A stretch of 64,000 bases of DNA, taken from Armatimonadetes bacterium 13_1_40CM_64_14. Lineage in GTDB: Bacteria; Sysuimicrobiota; Sysuimicrobiia; Sysuimicrobiales; Kaftiobacteriaceae. The stretch covers positions 813 through 64,812 of the forward strand of contig MNEU01000005.1 in NCBI GenBank assembly GCA_001917855.1, given 5' to 3'. Under the pieces are notes generated by a model that was not told the origin of the DNA, did not search any database, and saw nothing but the letters and a program-made list of their open reading frames with translations. The stretch's first letter is position 1. The number at the start of each line of letters is the position of its first letter. A program made the translations under genes and the position numbers. This document shows, piece by piece, positions 45,956 to 54,865 of the stretch.

Positions 45956-46849
45956 ATGGTAACCGTCCGCGTCCCGGCTACAATTGCGAATCTCGGACCA
46001 GCCTTCGACACAGTAGGCGTCGCGGTGACCGTCTACAACACGGTGCATCTCACCCTGGCAGCCTCAGCACATGTGCAGGTGCAGGGATATGGTCAGGGGA
46101 GCGTGCCAGAGGATTCATCCAACCTGGTCTATCGTGCGGCGGCGGAAGTTACTACCCGGGCGGGACGCACGAGTGCCTTTGCGCTGCGGTGTCATAACGA
46201 CATTCCGCCCGGCCGTGGACTGGGAAGCAGCGCCGCGGCCGTGGTCGGCGGCGCGGTCGCGGCCAACGAGGTTCTCGGTCGCCCGCTCAACCAGGAGGAC
46301 CTGTTGGATTTGACCTGGCAGATGGAAGGACACGCGGATAACGCTGCCCCGGCGCTGCTGGGGGGTGTGGTCCTGGCCGATGTGAGCGATGGCGCCGTAC
46401 GGTGGACGCGGATCGTGCCGACCTGGGATGTTGCGCTGGTCGTCGCCGTGCCGGAATTCTGCGTCGCCACCGACCGCGCGCGGGCGGCGCTGCCGCTTCG
46501 CGTGCCCTTGACCGATGCGGTGACCAACATCAGCCACACCGCGTGGCTGGTGACGGCGATGTTGACAGGACGCCCCGACCTTTTGACCACCGCGATGGAT
46601 GACCGACTGCATCAGCCGTATCGCCGGAGCTTGGTGCCGGGGATGGAGGAGGTGTTCGCTGCCGCCCGCGCGGCCGGCGCGTATGGGGCCGCGTTGTGCG
46701 GGAGCGGACCGTCGGTGCTGGCCGTAGTTCCGGCCGCGAAAGCCGACCGCGTCGGCCAGTCCATGGTGGCAACGTTTGCGGGGCACGGACACGCGGCGAG
46801 CTACATCCGCGTCAACATCGACGAGCACGGGGCGACGCTTATCCCCTGA
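45956..46849 (+). CDS. thrB: homoserine kinase (GHMP family)
   Basis: PATIANLGPAFD and GRGLGSSAAAVVGG GHMP motifs. Confidence 0.85.
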   Translation: MVTVRVPATIANLGPAFDTVGVAVTVYNTVHLTLAASAHVQVQGYGQGSVPEDSSNLVYRAAAEVTTRAGRTSAFALRCHNDIPPGRGLGSSAAAVVGGAVAANEVLGRPLNQEDLLDLTWQMEGHADNAAPALLGGVVLADVSDGAVRWTRIVPTWDVALVVAVPEFCVATDRARAALPLRVPLTDAVTNISHTAWLVTAMLTGRPDLLTTAMDDRLHQPYRRSLVPGMEEVFAAARAAGAYGAALCGSGPSVLAVVPAAKADRVGQSMVATFAGHGHAASYIRVNIDEHGATLIP

Positions 46850-46915
46850 AGCGATCCCCCTTCCGGAGGACGCGCGGGGAATGAAAGAGTGACGTGATCA
46901 ATGTGAGGCCGGATA

Positions 46916-48178
46916 ATGTTCGAAGCCAGATTCCCATCGGGGGAGACCATGCCTGAACAGCAATTGCGGTGTCGGGAGTGTAGCGCCATGTACGCGGCGG
47001 GGCCGCGCTATGTATGTGAACAGTGCTTTGGGCCCCTTGAGGTTGTCTACGACTATGCCGCGCTCGCCCGCCAGCCGCTGCGGCAGATAATCGAGACGAG
47101 CGTGCCGTCCATGTGGCGGTATGAGCCTCTGCTGCCCGTGCGCCGGGTGCCCGAGATCGATCTGGAGCCTGGCTATACCCCGTTACTGCCTGCGGGCCGG
47201 CTAGGGCGGACGTTGGGGCTGCGTCGCTTGTTTATCAAGAACGATAGCGTCAATCCCACGTGGTCGTTTAAAGATCGGGTCGTCGGCGTGGCGATGTCTG
47301 CGGCCCGTTCGTTCGGCTACGACGTCGTCGCCTGTGCCTCGACTGGGAACCTCGCTAACGCGGTGGCCGCGCACGCCGGTCGGGCGGGCATGCGGGCCTG
47401 TGTCTTTATTCCCAAGGGGCTGGAACGGGGAAAGGTCCTGGCGACGGCTGCGTACGGGGCCACTTTAGTGGAAGTAGACGGAACCTACGACGAGGTTAAC
47501 CGGCTGTGCGCGGAGATCGCCGAAGAGCACCGCTGGGCATTCGTCAACGTCAACCTGCGGCCCTACTATTCAGAAGGTGGGAAGACGCTCGGGTTCGAGG
47601 TCGCTGAACAGCTCGGCTGGCGGGCGCCCGATCACGTCGTGGTGCCTATCGCGTCGGGCAGTCTCCTCGTCAAGATCCACAAGGGTCTGACCGAGCTGCA
47701 AGCTGTCGGGCTGCTCGAGAGTGTGCCAACGCACGTCCATGGCGCCCAGCCGGCCGGGTGCGCGCCGGTGGCGACGGCGTTTGCTGAAGGGACTTCAGAT
47801 ATTCGGCCCGTCATCCCCAACACGCTCGCACGCTCGCTGGCCATTGGTACCCCTGCAGATGGCCGGTACGTGCTCCGCGTGGCTCGGCAAACGGGGGGCG
47901 CGATCGTGGCCGTGACGGATGACGAGATGGTCGCCAGCATCCAACTCCTTGCGGAGACGGAAGGGGTCTTTACGGAGACGGCCGGGGGTGTCACCATCGC
48001 GGCGTTGCGCGCATTGGCCGCCCGCGGAGCCTTCGGGGAGGACGACATCGTCGTCGCCTACATCACGGGGCAGGGGTTCAAGACCCTCGAGGCCGTCGCG
48101 GATGCGACGCGTCCTCCGATTGCCATCCGGGCGACGCTGAAGGACTTCGAGCGCAATGTCCTCGAGTTGGTAGCCTGA
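46916..48178 (+). CDS. threonine synthase-family PLP enzyme with an N-terminal Cys4 zinc ribbon. Candidate O-phosphohomoserine sulfhydrylase (MetM-like)
   Basis: PLP lysine motif NPTWSFKDR. CRECS...CEQC ribbon. Placed between thrB and a MoaD-like gene, behind a SAM riboswitch. Confidence 0.75.
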   Translation: MFEARFPSGETMPEQQLRCRECSAMYAAGPRYVCEQCFGPLEVVYDYAALARQPLRQIIETSVPSMWRYEPLLPVRRVPEIDLEPGYTPLLPAGRLGRTLGLRRLFIKNDSVNPTWSFKDRVVGVAMSAARSFGYDVVACASTGNLANAVAAHAGRAGMRACVFIPKGLERGKVLATAAYGATLVEVDGTYDEVNRLCAEIAEEHRWAFVNVNLRPYYSEGGKTLGFEVAEQLGWRAPDHVVVPIASGSLLVKIHKGLTELQAVGLLESVPTHVHGAQPAGCAPVATAFAEGTSDIRPVIPNTLARSLAIGTPADGRYVLRVARQTGGAIVAVTDDEMVASIQLLAETEGVFTETAGGVTIAALRALAARGAFGEDDIVVAYITGQGFKTLEAVADATRPPIAIRATLKDFERNVLELVA

Positions 48179-48206
48179 GGCCAGGCGGGGGACGGGGAGG
48201 ATCGGA

Positions 48207-48503
48207 ATGCCGACCGTGCGAATTCCGGCGCCGCTGCGAAAGCTGACCGGAGATCAACGCGTGGTGCAGGCCAGCGGGGCCACGCTCGCGGATTTGGTGA
48301 CAGATCTGGAGCGGCGTTTCCCAGGGATTAAAGGACGCATCATGAGTGCAGATGGCCAGGTCCACAGTTTTGTGAACATCTTCGTCGACGACCAGGATGT
48401 GCGGTTCTTGCAGGGGCTCGCCACCCCGCTGCGGGAGGAAGCGGAAATCGCCATCATCCCCGCGATGGCGGGCGGGATGGATCCAGTCCGGCCCCGGAGG
48501 TGA
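48207..48503 (+). CDS. MoaD/ThiS-family sulfur-carrier protein. Its Gly-Gly is followed by an 8-aa C-terminal extension (MetO/CysO-like)
   Basis: Beta-grasp-like ...EIAIIPAMAGG|MDPVRPRR. 98 aa. 28-nt gap after the thrC-like gene. Confidence 0.65.
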   Translation: MPTVRIPAPLRKLTGDQRVVQASGATLADLVTDLERRFPGIKGRIMSADGQVHSFVNIFVDDQDVRFLQGLATPLREEAEIAIIPAMAGGMDPVRPRR

Positions 48504-48831
48504 AGTGCTGAGGCTGCTGCTGCCCGAACACGCTGCGTGAAATTTTCACGCGTGCATGCCAGCCCCTTGTCGGTCTTCGGTCGCCGAGGAATACCTCCAG
48601 CTGTTGGTAGACCATCATCAACGTCTCACCGCCCCGCGAGGCGGCAGCTCCTTTCTGCGCACACTTACGCGCTGGGTGTAAGGTGATCCACCGGGCCGGG
48701 AGTCCCCGCCTGGATAGGCTGCGGCTTCTCCGTATGGCGAAACGCGGCCAAGGGGAGCCCACCATCATGGGTGTACCGCGTCTGGGAGGGAGGAGCTAGA
48801 GGCAAGACCGGTAAGTCCACCAGGGGCGCTG

Positions 48832-49347
48832 ATGACCGTGCGACGCAGGGTGATCCGTGTGGCGGTTGTGGTGGCGGTCATTGTGCTTGCCGCCTGGTGG
48901 TTGCTGCGTCCAGCTCGGGGCAGGGTTTCGGTGTACTTTGTGCGTGCCGAGGGCGCCCGCAGCACTTTGCAGGACGTTCCGCGCACGGTCGGGGAGCGGG
49001 GAGCGGAGGCCGTGTTGGCCGCAGCGATCCGCGAGTTGCTCGCGGGCCCCTCTGCGCAGGAACGAACTTCCGGCCTGACGACGGCGATTCCCGCAGGGAC
49101 CAAGTTACGCAGTCTGCGTATCGACAAAGCGATTGTGCTGCTCGATCTCAGCAGCGAGATCGAGTCGGGAGGCGGGAGCGCGATCATGCTGGCCCGGTTT
49201 TGGCAGCTCGTCTACACCGCAACCCAATTTCCTCAGGCGCCCCAGGTACGGATCCTCATAGACGGCGTGGCCAAGTCGGCCCTGGGGGGAGAAGGGGTGT
49301 TGATCGACCGGCCGGTGAGTCGGCCAGCCGCTCTCCCCGAGTTCTAG
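48832..49347 (+). CDS. GerMN-domain protein (membrane-anchored)
   Basis: N-terminal TM segment. GerMN-like VYFV..., AAIRELLAGP, TAIPAGTKL and DGVAKS...GEG motifs. Confidence 0.65.
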   Translation: MTVRRRVIRVAVVVAVIVLAAWWLLRPARGRVSVYFVRAEGARSTLQDVPRTVGERGAEAVLAAAIRELLAGPSAQERTSGLTTAIPAGTKLRSLRIDKAIVLLDLSSEIESGGGSAIMLARFWQLVYTATQFPQAPQVRILIDGVAKSALGGEGVLIDRPVSRPAALPEF

Positions 49348-49402
49348 CCGAGAGGGGGTTGTTGGTTGGTAACGGTCGACACAGCGCAGGAAAAGAAAAG
49401 TT

Positions 49403-50560
49403 TTGTCAGGAAGTTCTCTTAGGAAGTCCTGTGGGGGAGTTGTCGAGTCCGTCGTGCCCAGTGAAGTTTTCGCCGAAGACATCGAGGCCCTGCTCGAACG
49501 CCTAGATGGCGTCAGCTCCGCCCGCGTCGTGGCCAACGACGCGGGCGAGATCGCGTCCATTTACGTGACGGCCGCCACCACAAGCGAGGAGCCGGTGGTG
49601 CGGCGGATGATTGCCTCCGCCCTCATGTCCCGCTATTCTCTCGCCGTCGACGGGTGGCGCATTCGCATCGCTCGCTTGCAGACCGAGGCTCCCGTGCGCA
49701 CATGGCGTCCCCGGCGCGTGGATGAATCGCTGTCGGGGACGGCCGTCCAGGCGCTAGTGGAACTGGAACCGGTGCACGCGGAGGGCGGGACCCTGGTCGG
49801 TCGCGCCCGATCCTTGCCTGACCGCACCAACCGTCTGCGCGGCTTGGTCTTGGCCACGCTCGACGCTCTGAAGTCTGTCTTGAATGCCGAAGAACGCCGG
49901 GGCGCACTGGAGTCGATCGCCATGCAGCCGCTTGCGGGGCGCGACACAGTGGTGGTCGCCGTTTCCATCGGGTCACCGACGGGCGCCAAACTGTGTGTAG
50001 GATCGGCGGTGGTCGAAGGGAGCGAAGCCGACGCAGTCATCGCGGCAACGCTCGATGCTGTAGGAAAGCGCGGCGTGAAACCGCAACAACGGGGGTGGGG
50101 AATGAAGGATCGTCGTGATGAGCTGGAATCGATGCGGGCACACTACCGACGCCTTCGGGAGCCCCAGCGACAAATGCCGGAGCTCGCGCCCGAAGACGAC
50201 GGAGCCAATAGCGGGGCCGACGACGCAGTACCCGACCAGGCGCAAATTCGACCTGAGCGGCCGGGCGGTGCCGCCATGGCAAGCGGGGCACGGCCTGATG
50301 CGGAGGCGCGGACCGATCAGCCAGCCGCGCGGTCTGCGCAGCGCAGTTCTATGGAAGACGAGTACCTGCGCAGCCTCGTCTCCACGAGCACGCCCGTGCA
50401 CATCCGGTGCCGCGACGGGTACGAGATCCCCGAGGCGGTTATCAAGGATGTCGGGACGTACTCGGTCCTGGTAGAAAGCGACACCGGCCGGGAGCTCGTC
50501 TTTAAGCACGGCATCCTCTCGATCCGTCCGCTGCGGGCTGTGAACCACCTGAGATCCTAA
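49403..50560 (+). CDS. hfq: Hfq (Sm-fold) domain protein with a ~250-aa N-terminal extension and a low-complexity linker. The Hfq domain is roughly 50352..50560
   Basis: The C-terminal 69 aa (MEDEYLRSLVSTSTPVHIRCRDGYEIPEAVIKDVGTYSVLVESDTGRELVFKHGILSI) match the Hfq Sm1/Sm2 pattern (YKHAI). The upstream in-frame region has a protein-like composition. Start is an alternative codon or uncertain. Confidence 0.55.
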   Translation: MSGSSLRKSCGGVVESVVPSEVFAEDIEALLERLDGVSSARVVANDAGEIASIYVTAATTSEEPVVRRMIASALMSRYSLAVDGWRIRIARLQTEAPVRTWRPRRVDESLSGTAVQALVELEPVHAEGGTLVGRARSLPDRTNRLRGLVLATLDALKSVLNAEERRGALESIAMQPLAGRDTVVVAVSIGSPTGAKLCVGSAVVEGSEADAVIAATLDAVGKRGVKPQQRGWGMKDRRDELESMRAHYRRLREPQRQMPELAPEDDGANSGADDAVPDQAQIRPERPGGAAMASGARPDAEARTDQPAARSAQRSSMEDEYLRSLVSTSTPVHIRCRDGYEIPEAVIKDVGTYSVLVESDTGRELVFKHGILSIRPLRAVNHLRS

Positions 50561-50582
50561 CCCCCGGCCCGGCGGCTACACC

Positions 50583-50633
50583 ACGAGGGAACACGGAAAG
50601 CGGGAGCTGGAGCGTCCGTATCCGTGTTCCCTC
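50583..50633 (+). other. 13-bp perfect inverted repeat (cgagggaacacgg / ccgtgttccctcg) 22 nt after the hfq-like stop. Candidate U-less terminator or structured RNA
   Basis: Seen directly in the sequence. The loop is 25 nt and no U-tract follows. Confidence 0.35.
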
Positions 50634-50940
50634 GCGGGTTAGGGCTGACGCGTCCGATCCATAGCAACTGCAGGGTCAGCTGGTCTGTGACTCCAGCGCA
50701 CGGTGTACCACCCCCTATTTTGCGGGTCTCTCGCGGGCATAGCGGTGACATCATCGAGCCACGCTTCGTGCGTCCCCGCCTTGATCGCCGCGCCGGCGAC
50801 CTAGGGCACGACACTGGGGGATTTACCCGTCGAAAGCGGGGGGGCCTTCGTTGTGAGCGAGATGTCGCGGGCTCAGGACGCACGGTCGATGAAGAGGAGG
50901 GTCCCCCCAAAGCGCGGAATGTCTACCGAGGTTTCCCATC

Positions 50941-51507
50941 GTGGGCGAGTCAGCGAACACTCGCAGCAAAGCAACCGCGAGGCCTGAGGGATCGCAGCAG
51001 CACTCGTCTGCCATTCCGCTGCGTCTGGACTATGTCTCGGCCGACGACGGAAAGTTCCGGGAGTGGCTCCGGCGATACCGCGAGGAGGTCGCCGGCGAGC
51101 CGCCCACGGATGAGTGGCTGGACGCATACCTCAAACACATCTTCACCGAGCAGAGCAAGAACCGACATATCTGGTGGGCCGTGTCGGAGGACCGCAAGGT
51201 GGGTTTCGTCGTCGCCGTACTGACTCCGCAGTCCACCGATCGGCAGCGCATGCAGGGGATGGTGGCCGAGTTTTTCGTGTACCCCGAGTTCCGTCGCGAG
51301 GGATACGGACAGAGGATGGCCGAGACAGTGATCGCGTTTCTGCATTCCCGGGGATGCCATGACGTGCACACTTCCGTTCCCGCCGGCAACGTTCGGGCGG
51401 TCCGGTTCTGGCAGGCCTGCAGTTTCCAGATCTCCCGCTACCTGCTAGTCCACCGGCCAGGCGTGAAGCCCGACGACGAAGACGAGGAAGACGAAGAAGA
51501 ACTCTAG
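50941..51507 (+). CDS. GNAT-family N-acetyltransferase with an acidic C-terminal tail
   Basis: GNAT core (...FFVYPEFRREGYGQRMAE...). C-terminal DDEDEEDEEEL. Confidence 0.65.
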   Translation: MGESANTRSKATARPEGSQQHSSAIPLRLDYVSADDGKFREWLRRYREEVAGEPPTDEWLDAYLKHIFTEQSKNRHIWWAVSEDRKVGFVVAVLTPQSTDRQRMQGMVAEFFVYPEFRREGYGQRMAETVIAFLHSRGCHDVHTSVPAGNVRAVRFWQACSFQISRYLLVHRPGVKPDDEDEEDEEEL

Positions 51508-51727
51508 TCTCGCACACGGCGAGCTGGCGACCGTGTCGTCCGTGTCGCGCGTTGCAGGCGTGTCTGTGTGCGTGGTCCGGCCTCGACGACCCCCTCTACT
51601 GTCCTCGGCGCTCACCGCGGGGAAATCGCGTAACGCGTGATGCGCACCTACCGTGAGTTCGGCTTGTATACAATGGATGCATACCGAGGCGCGCGCAGGC
51701 TTTGGGGAGTCGACCGAGGCGAACGTC

Positions 51728-53383
51728 ATGGCTACCGGCAAACGCGACCGCGATCCTGATCACCAGGCGAAAAACGCTCATCCGCCGAAAGGGGCGCAGG
51801 CTCCGAAGGCCGTGTCTACCCCCGACCGCATCGAAATTCGCAACGTCTACACCCCCGCTGACGCACCGGTGGACTACTCAGGAGACGTGGGATTTCCGGG
51901 TCAGTACCCGTTTACCCGCGGGATCTATCCCACGATGTATCGAGGGCGGTTATGGACGATGCGGCAATACGCTGGCTATGGCGCGGCGGAGGAGTCCAAC
52001 CGGCGGTTCCGCTACCTGCTGAGCCAAGGCCAGACCGGTTTGTCCGTCGCCTTCGACCTGCCGACGCAGATGGGGTACGATTCCGACCATCCGATGGCGG
52101 AGGCCGAAATCGGGAAGGTGGGAGTGGCCATCGACACCCTCGCCGACATGGAGGCGCTGTTCGATGGCCTGCCGTTGGCCCAGGTGACGACCTCCATGAC
52201 CATCAACGCCACGGCGTCGATCCTGCTGGCCATGTATATCGCCACGGCGGAGCGGCAGGGAGTGCCGCCTGCTGCGCTGGATGGCACGACGCAGAACGAC
52301 ATCCTCAAAGAGTACATCGCGCGGGGGACGTACATCTTCCCTCCCACGCCGTCGCTGCGCCTCGTGACCGACATGTTTGCGTACTGCGCCGAGCACCTCC
52401 CGAAGTGGATCCCGATTTCCATCAGCGGATACCACATCCGCGAAGCAGGCGCAACCGCCGTGCAAGAAGTCGCGTTCACGTTGGCCAACGGGATCGCGTA
52501 TCTGCAGGCCGCCGCGAACGCGGGGCTGGATGTCGATCGCATCGCCCCCCGAGTGTCGTTTTTCTTCGCGGCCCAGATGAACGTGCTGGAGGAGGTCGCC
52601 AAATTCCGGGCGGCCCGCCGGCTGTGGGCGCGCATTACCCGAGAACGCTTTCACGCCCAGGACCCCAAGGCGTGGGTGCTGCGGTTTCACACGCAGACGG
52701 CCGGCGCCGCGCTGACCGCCCAGCAACCCGACAACAACGTCGTCCGGGTGACCCTTCAGGCGCTGGCAGCGGTCTTGGGGGGGACACAGTCGTTGCACAC
52801 CAACGCCAAAGACGAGGCCCTTGCGCTGCCGACTGATGCCTCGGCCCTGCTGGCGCTGCGTACGCAGCAGATCCTGGCATATGAGACCGGGGTCGCCGAT
52901 ACCGTCGACCCCCTGGCGGGATCGTACTACGTCGAGGCGCTGACGCAGCAGATCGAACAACAATCAGACGCGCTGATCCGGCAGATCGGGGATGCGGGGG
53001 GGATGGTGCGGGCGCTAGAGGCGGGGATCATTCAGCGGCACATTGCCGAATCCGCCTACCGCGAGGCGACCCGGATCGAAACCGGTGAACAGATTGTCGT
53101 GGGAGTGAACCAGTTCCAAGGAGACGCGGCGGTTCCTCCGCCCCTCTTGCGGATGCCCTCCGACATCGTGCCGCGGCAGAAGGCGCGGCTCGCCCGCGTG
53201 CGGAGCGAGCGCAGCGGGGACGAGGTGCAGCGAGCGCTGATGCGGTTACGTCGGGCGGCCGGCGGGTCGGAGAACCTGATGCCCCACATCCTCGAGGCGG
53301 TAAAGGCCTATGCGACCCTTGGCGAGATCTGCGACACCCTGCGCGCCGTCTTTGGTGTGCACAAACCCGCTGCGGTAGTGTGA
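51728..53383 (+). CDS. methylmalonyl-CoA mutase-family catalytic (TIM-barrel) subunit, lacking the B12-binding domain
   Basis: [30 protein letters not shown] and the rest of the MCM N-terminal domain. About 550 aa without a C-terminal cobalamin domain. Confidence 0.85.
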   Translation: MATGKRDRDPDHQAKNAHPPKGAQAPKAVSTPDRIEIRNVYTPADAPVDYSGDVGFPGQYPFTRGIYPTMYRGRLWTMRQYAGYGAAEESNRRFRYLLSQGQTGLSVAFDLPTQMGYDSDHPMAEAEIGKVGVAIDTLADMEALFDGLPLAQVTTSMTINATASILLAMYIATAERQGVPPAALDGTTQNDILKEYIARGTYIFPPTPSLRLVTDMFAYCAEHLPKWIPISISGYHIREAGATAVQEVAFTLANGIAYLQAAANAGLDVDRIAPRVSFFFAAQMNVLEEVAKFRAARRLWARITRERFHAQDPKAWVLRFHTQTAGAALTAQQPDNNVVRVTLQALAAVLGGTQSLHTNAKDEALALPTDASALLALRTQQILAYETGVADTVDPLAGSYYVEALTQQIEQQSDALIRQIGDAGGMVRALEAGIIQRHIAESAYREATRIETGEQIVVGVNQFQGDAAVPPPLLRMPSDIVPRQKARLARVRSERSGDEVQRALMRLRRAAGGSENLMPHILEAVKAYATLGEICDTLRAVFGVHKPAAVV

Positions 53384-53386
53384 TCC

Positions 53387-54322
53387 GTGCACGCGCTGGT
53401 CTCTGAGGCATTGGCCGGGTCGGCGCAGGCGGTCGCACGGCTCATCTCTCTGGTGGAAGCCGGGGATCCCGACGGAGCGGTCGTGCTGCGCGAGTTGCAC
53501 CCTCGGACAGGCCGGGCGTATGTCATCGGGGTGACGGGCCCGCCAGGGGCGGGGAAGAGCACGCTGGTGGACGCCTCCACCGGGGTGTTGCGCAAGCAAG
53601 GGAGGACGGTCGCCGTCGTCGCCGTTGATCCGACCAGCCCCTTCACGGGCGGCGCGCTCCTGGGCGACCGCATCCGGATGCAAGATCACGCCACCGATCC
53701 CGGTGTGTTCATCCGGAGTATGGCCACGCGCGGCAGCCTGGGCGGGTTGGCCCCTGCAACCGCAGATGCGGTCCGCATTCTTGACGCAACAGGCTACGAA
53801 TGCATTTTCATCGAGACGGTCGGCACCGGCCAGGCAGAGGTGGATGTGGTGAGCGTGGCCGATACCGTCGCCATCGTGCTCGTGCCGGGGATGGGCGACA
53901 CCGTGCAGACTATGAAGGCGGGCATCATGGAGATCGGTGAGGTTTTCGTTGTGAACAAGGCTGATCAGGGCGATCCCGACCGCACCGCGGCAGAGATCCG
54001 GATGATGCTGCAGCTGAATCCGCACCCCACGGGGTGGACAGTGCCGGTCGTCAAAACAGTCGCAACGTCGGGGCAGGGGATCGAGGAGGCGCTGGCGGCG
54101 ATCGACGCCCACCACCGGTACTTGTCTGCCGATGGGTCATTAGAGCGCCGACGCAAGGCACGCCGGCGCGAGGAGATCCTTCGGATCGTGGAGGCCCGGA
54201 CGCGGATGCGTGCGCGGGAGCTGGCCCACCGCAGCGGACGTCTGGAACAACTGGCCGATCGTGTCCATGCCGGAGAGATTGATCCCTACGCCGCGGCGGA
54301 GGAGCTCCTCAAGCAGGCATGA
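53387..54322 (+). CDS. meaB: methylmalonyl-CoA mutase-associated GTPase MeaB/ArgK
   Basis: VIGVTGPPGAGKSTLVDA P-loop and ...VVNKAD. Confidence 0.85.
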   Translation: MHALVSEALAGSAQAVARLISLVEAGDPDGAVVLRELHPRTGRAYVIGVTGPPGAGKSTLVDASTGVLRKQGRTVAVVAVDPTSPFTGGALLGDRIRMQDHATDPGVFIRSMATRGSLGGLAPATADAVRILDATGYECIFIETVGTGQAEVDVVSVADTVAIVLVPGMGDTVQTMKAGIMEIGEVFVVNKADQGDPDRTAAEIRMMLQLNPHPTGWTVPVVKTVATSGQGIEEALAAIDAHHRYLSADGSLERRRKARRREEILRIVEARTRMRARELAHRSGRLEQLADRVHAGEIDPYAAAEELLKQA

Positions 54323-54711
54323 TCTGTGACCACCTCGGAATCGCGGTGCGTGATCTCGCCGAGGCGGCCCGCCTGTACACGAGCGCCTTCGGCTTGCAGG
54401 TGACGGAACGGTATACCCTCCCAGGGGAGGGGGTCCGGATTGCCTTCCTGCCGTCCGGAGCGATTGATCTTGAACTCCTCGAACCGATCGATGACGGCGG
54501 AAGTGTAGCAAAGTTTCTGGCCACCCGAGGCCCCGGGCTCCACCACATCGCCTTTCGAGTTCCCGACATCGAGGCAGCCCTCGTGCGGGCGACCGCCGCC
54601 GGCTGCACCATCGTCGCTCCCGGTCCCCACCCGGGGGCCCGCGGGCACCTCATCGCCTTCCTGCATCCCGCCACTAGCGGTGGGGTCCTCATCGAATTCG
54701 TGCAACGCTGA
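54319..54711 (+). CDS. methylmalonyl-CoA epimerase (VOC family)
   Basis: MICDHLGIAV...GPGLHHIAFRVPDI...LIEF. 4-nt overlap with meaB. Confidence 0.8.
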   Translation: MICDHLGIAVRDLAEAARLYTSAFGLQVTERYTLPGEGVRIAFLPSGAIDLELLEPIDDGGSVAKFLATRGPGLHHIAFRVPDIEAALVRATAAGCTIVAPGPHPGARGHLIAFLHPATSGGVLIEFVQR

Positions 54712-54865
54712 CCTACTAGGCGCTTGCGCGAGGGCCGAGCCGTCCGGTATAATCGCACAGCCACCAGGACGTAGATCCCTTTTTTCCTCTGTCCCTTCTG
54801 TACCGCCCGTCGCATGGGTCGTGCTGTCCTGCGCCATCGTTCGGTCGACCCCTGACGTGTCGGTG

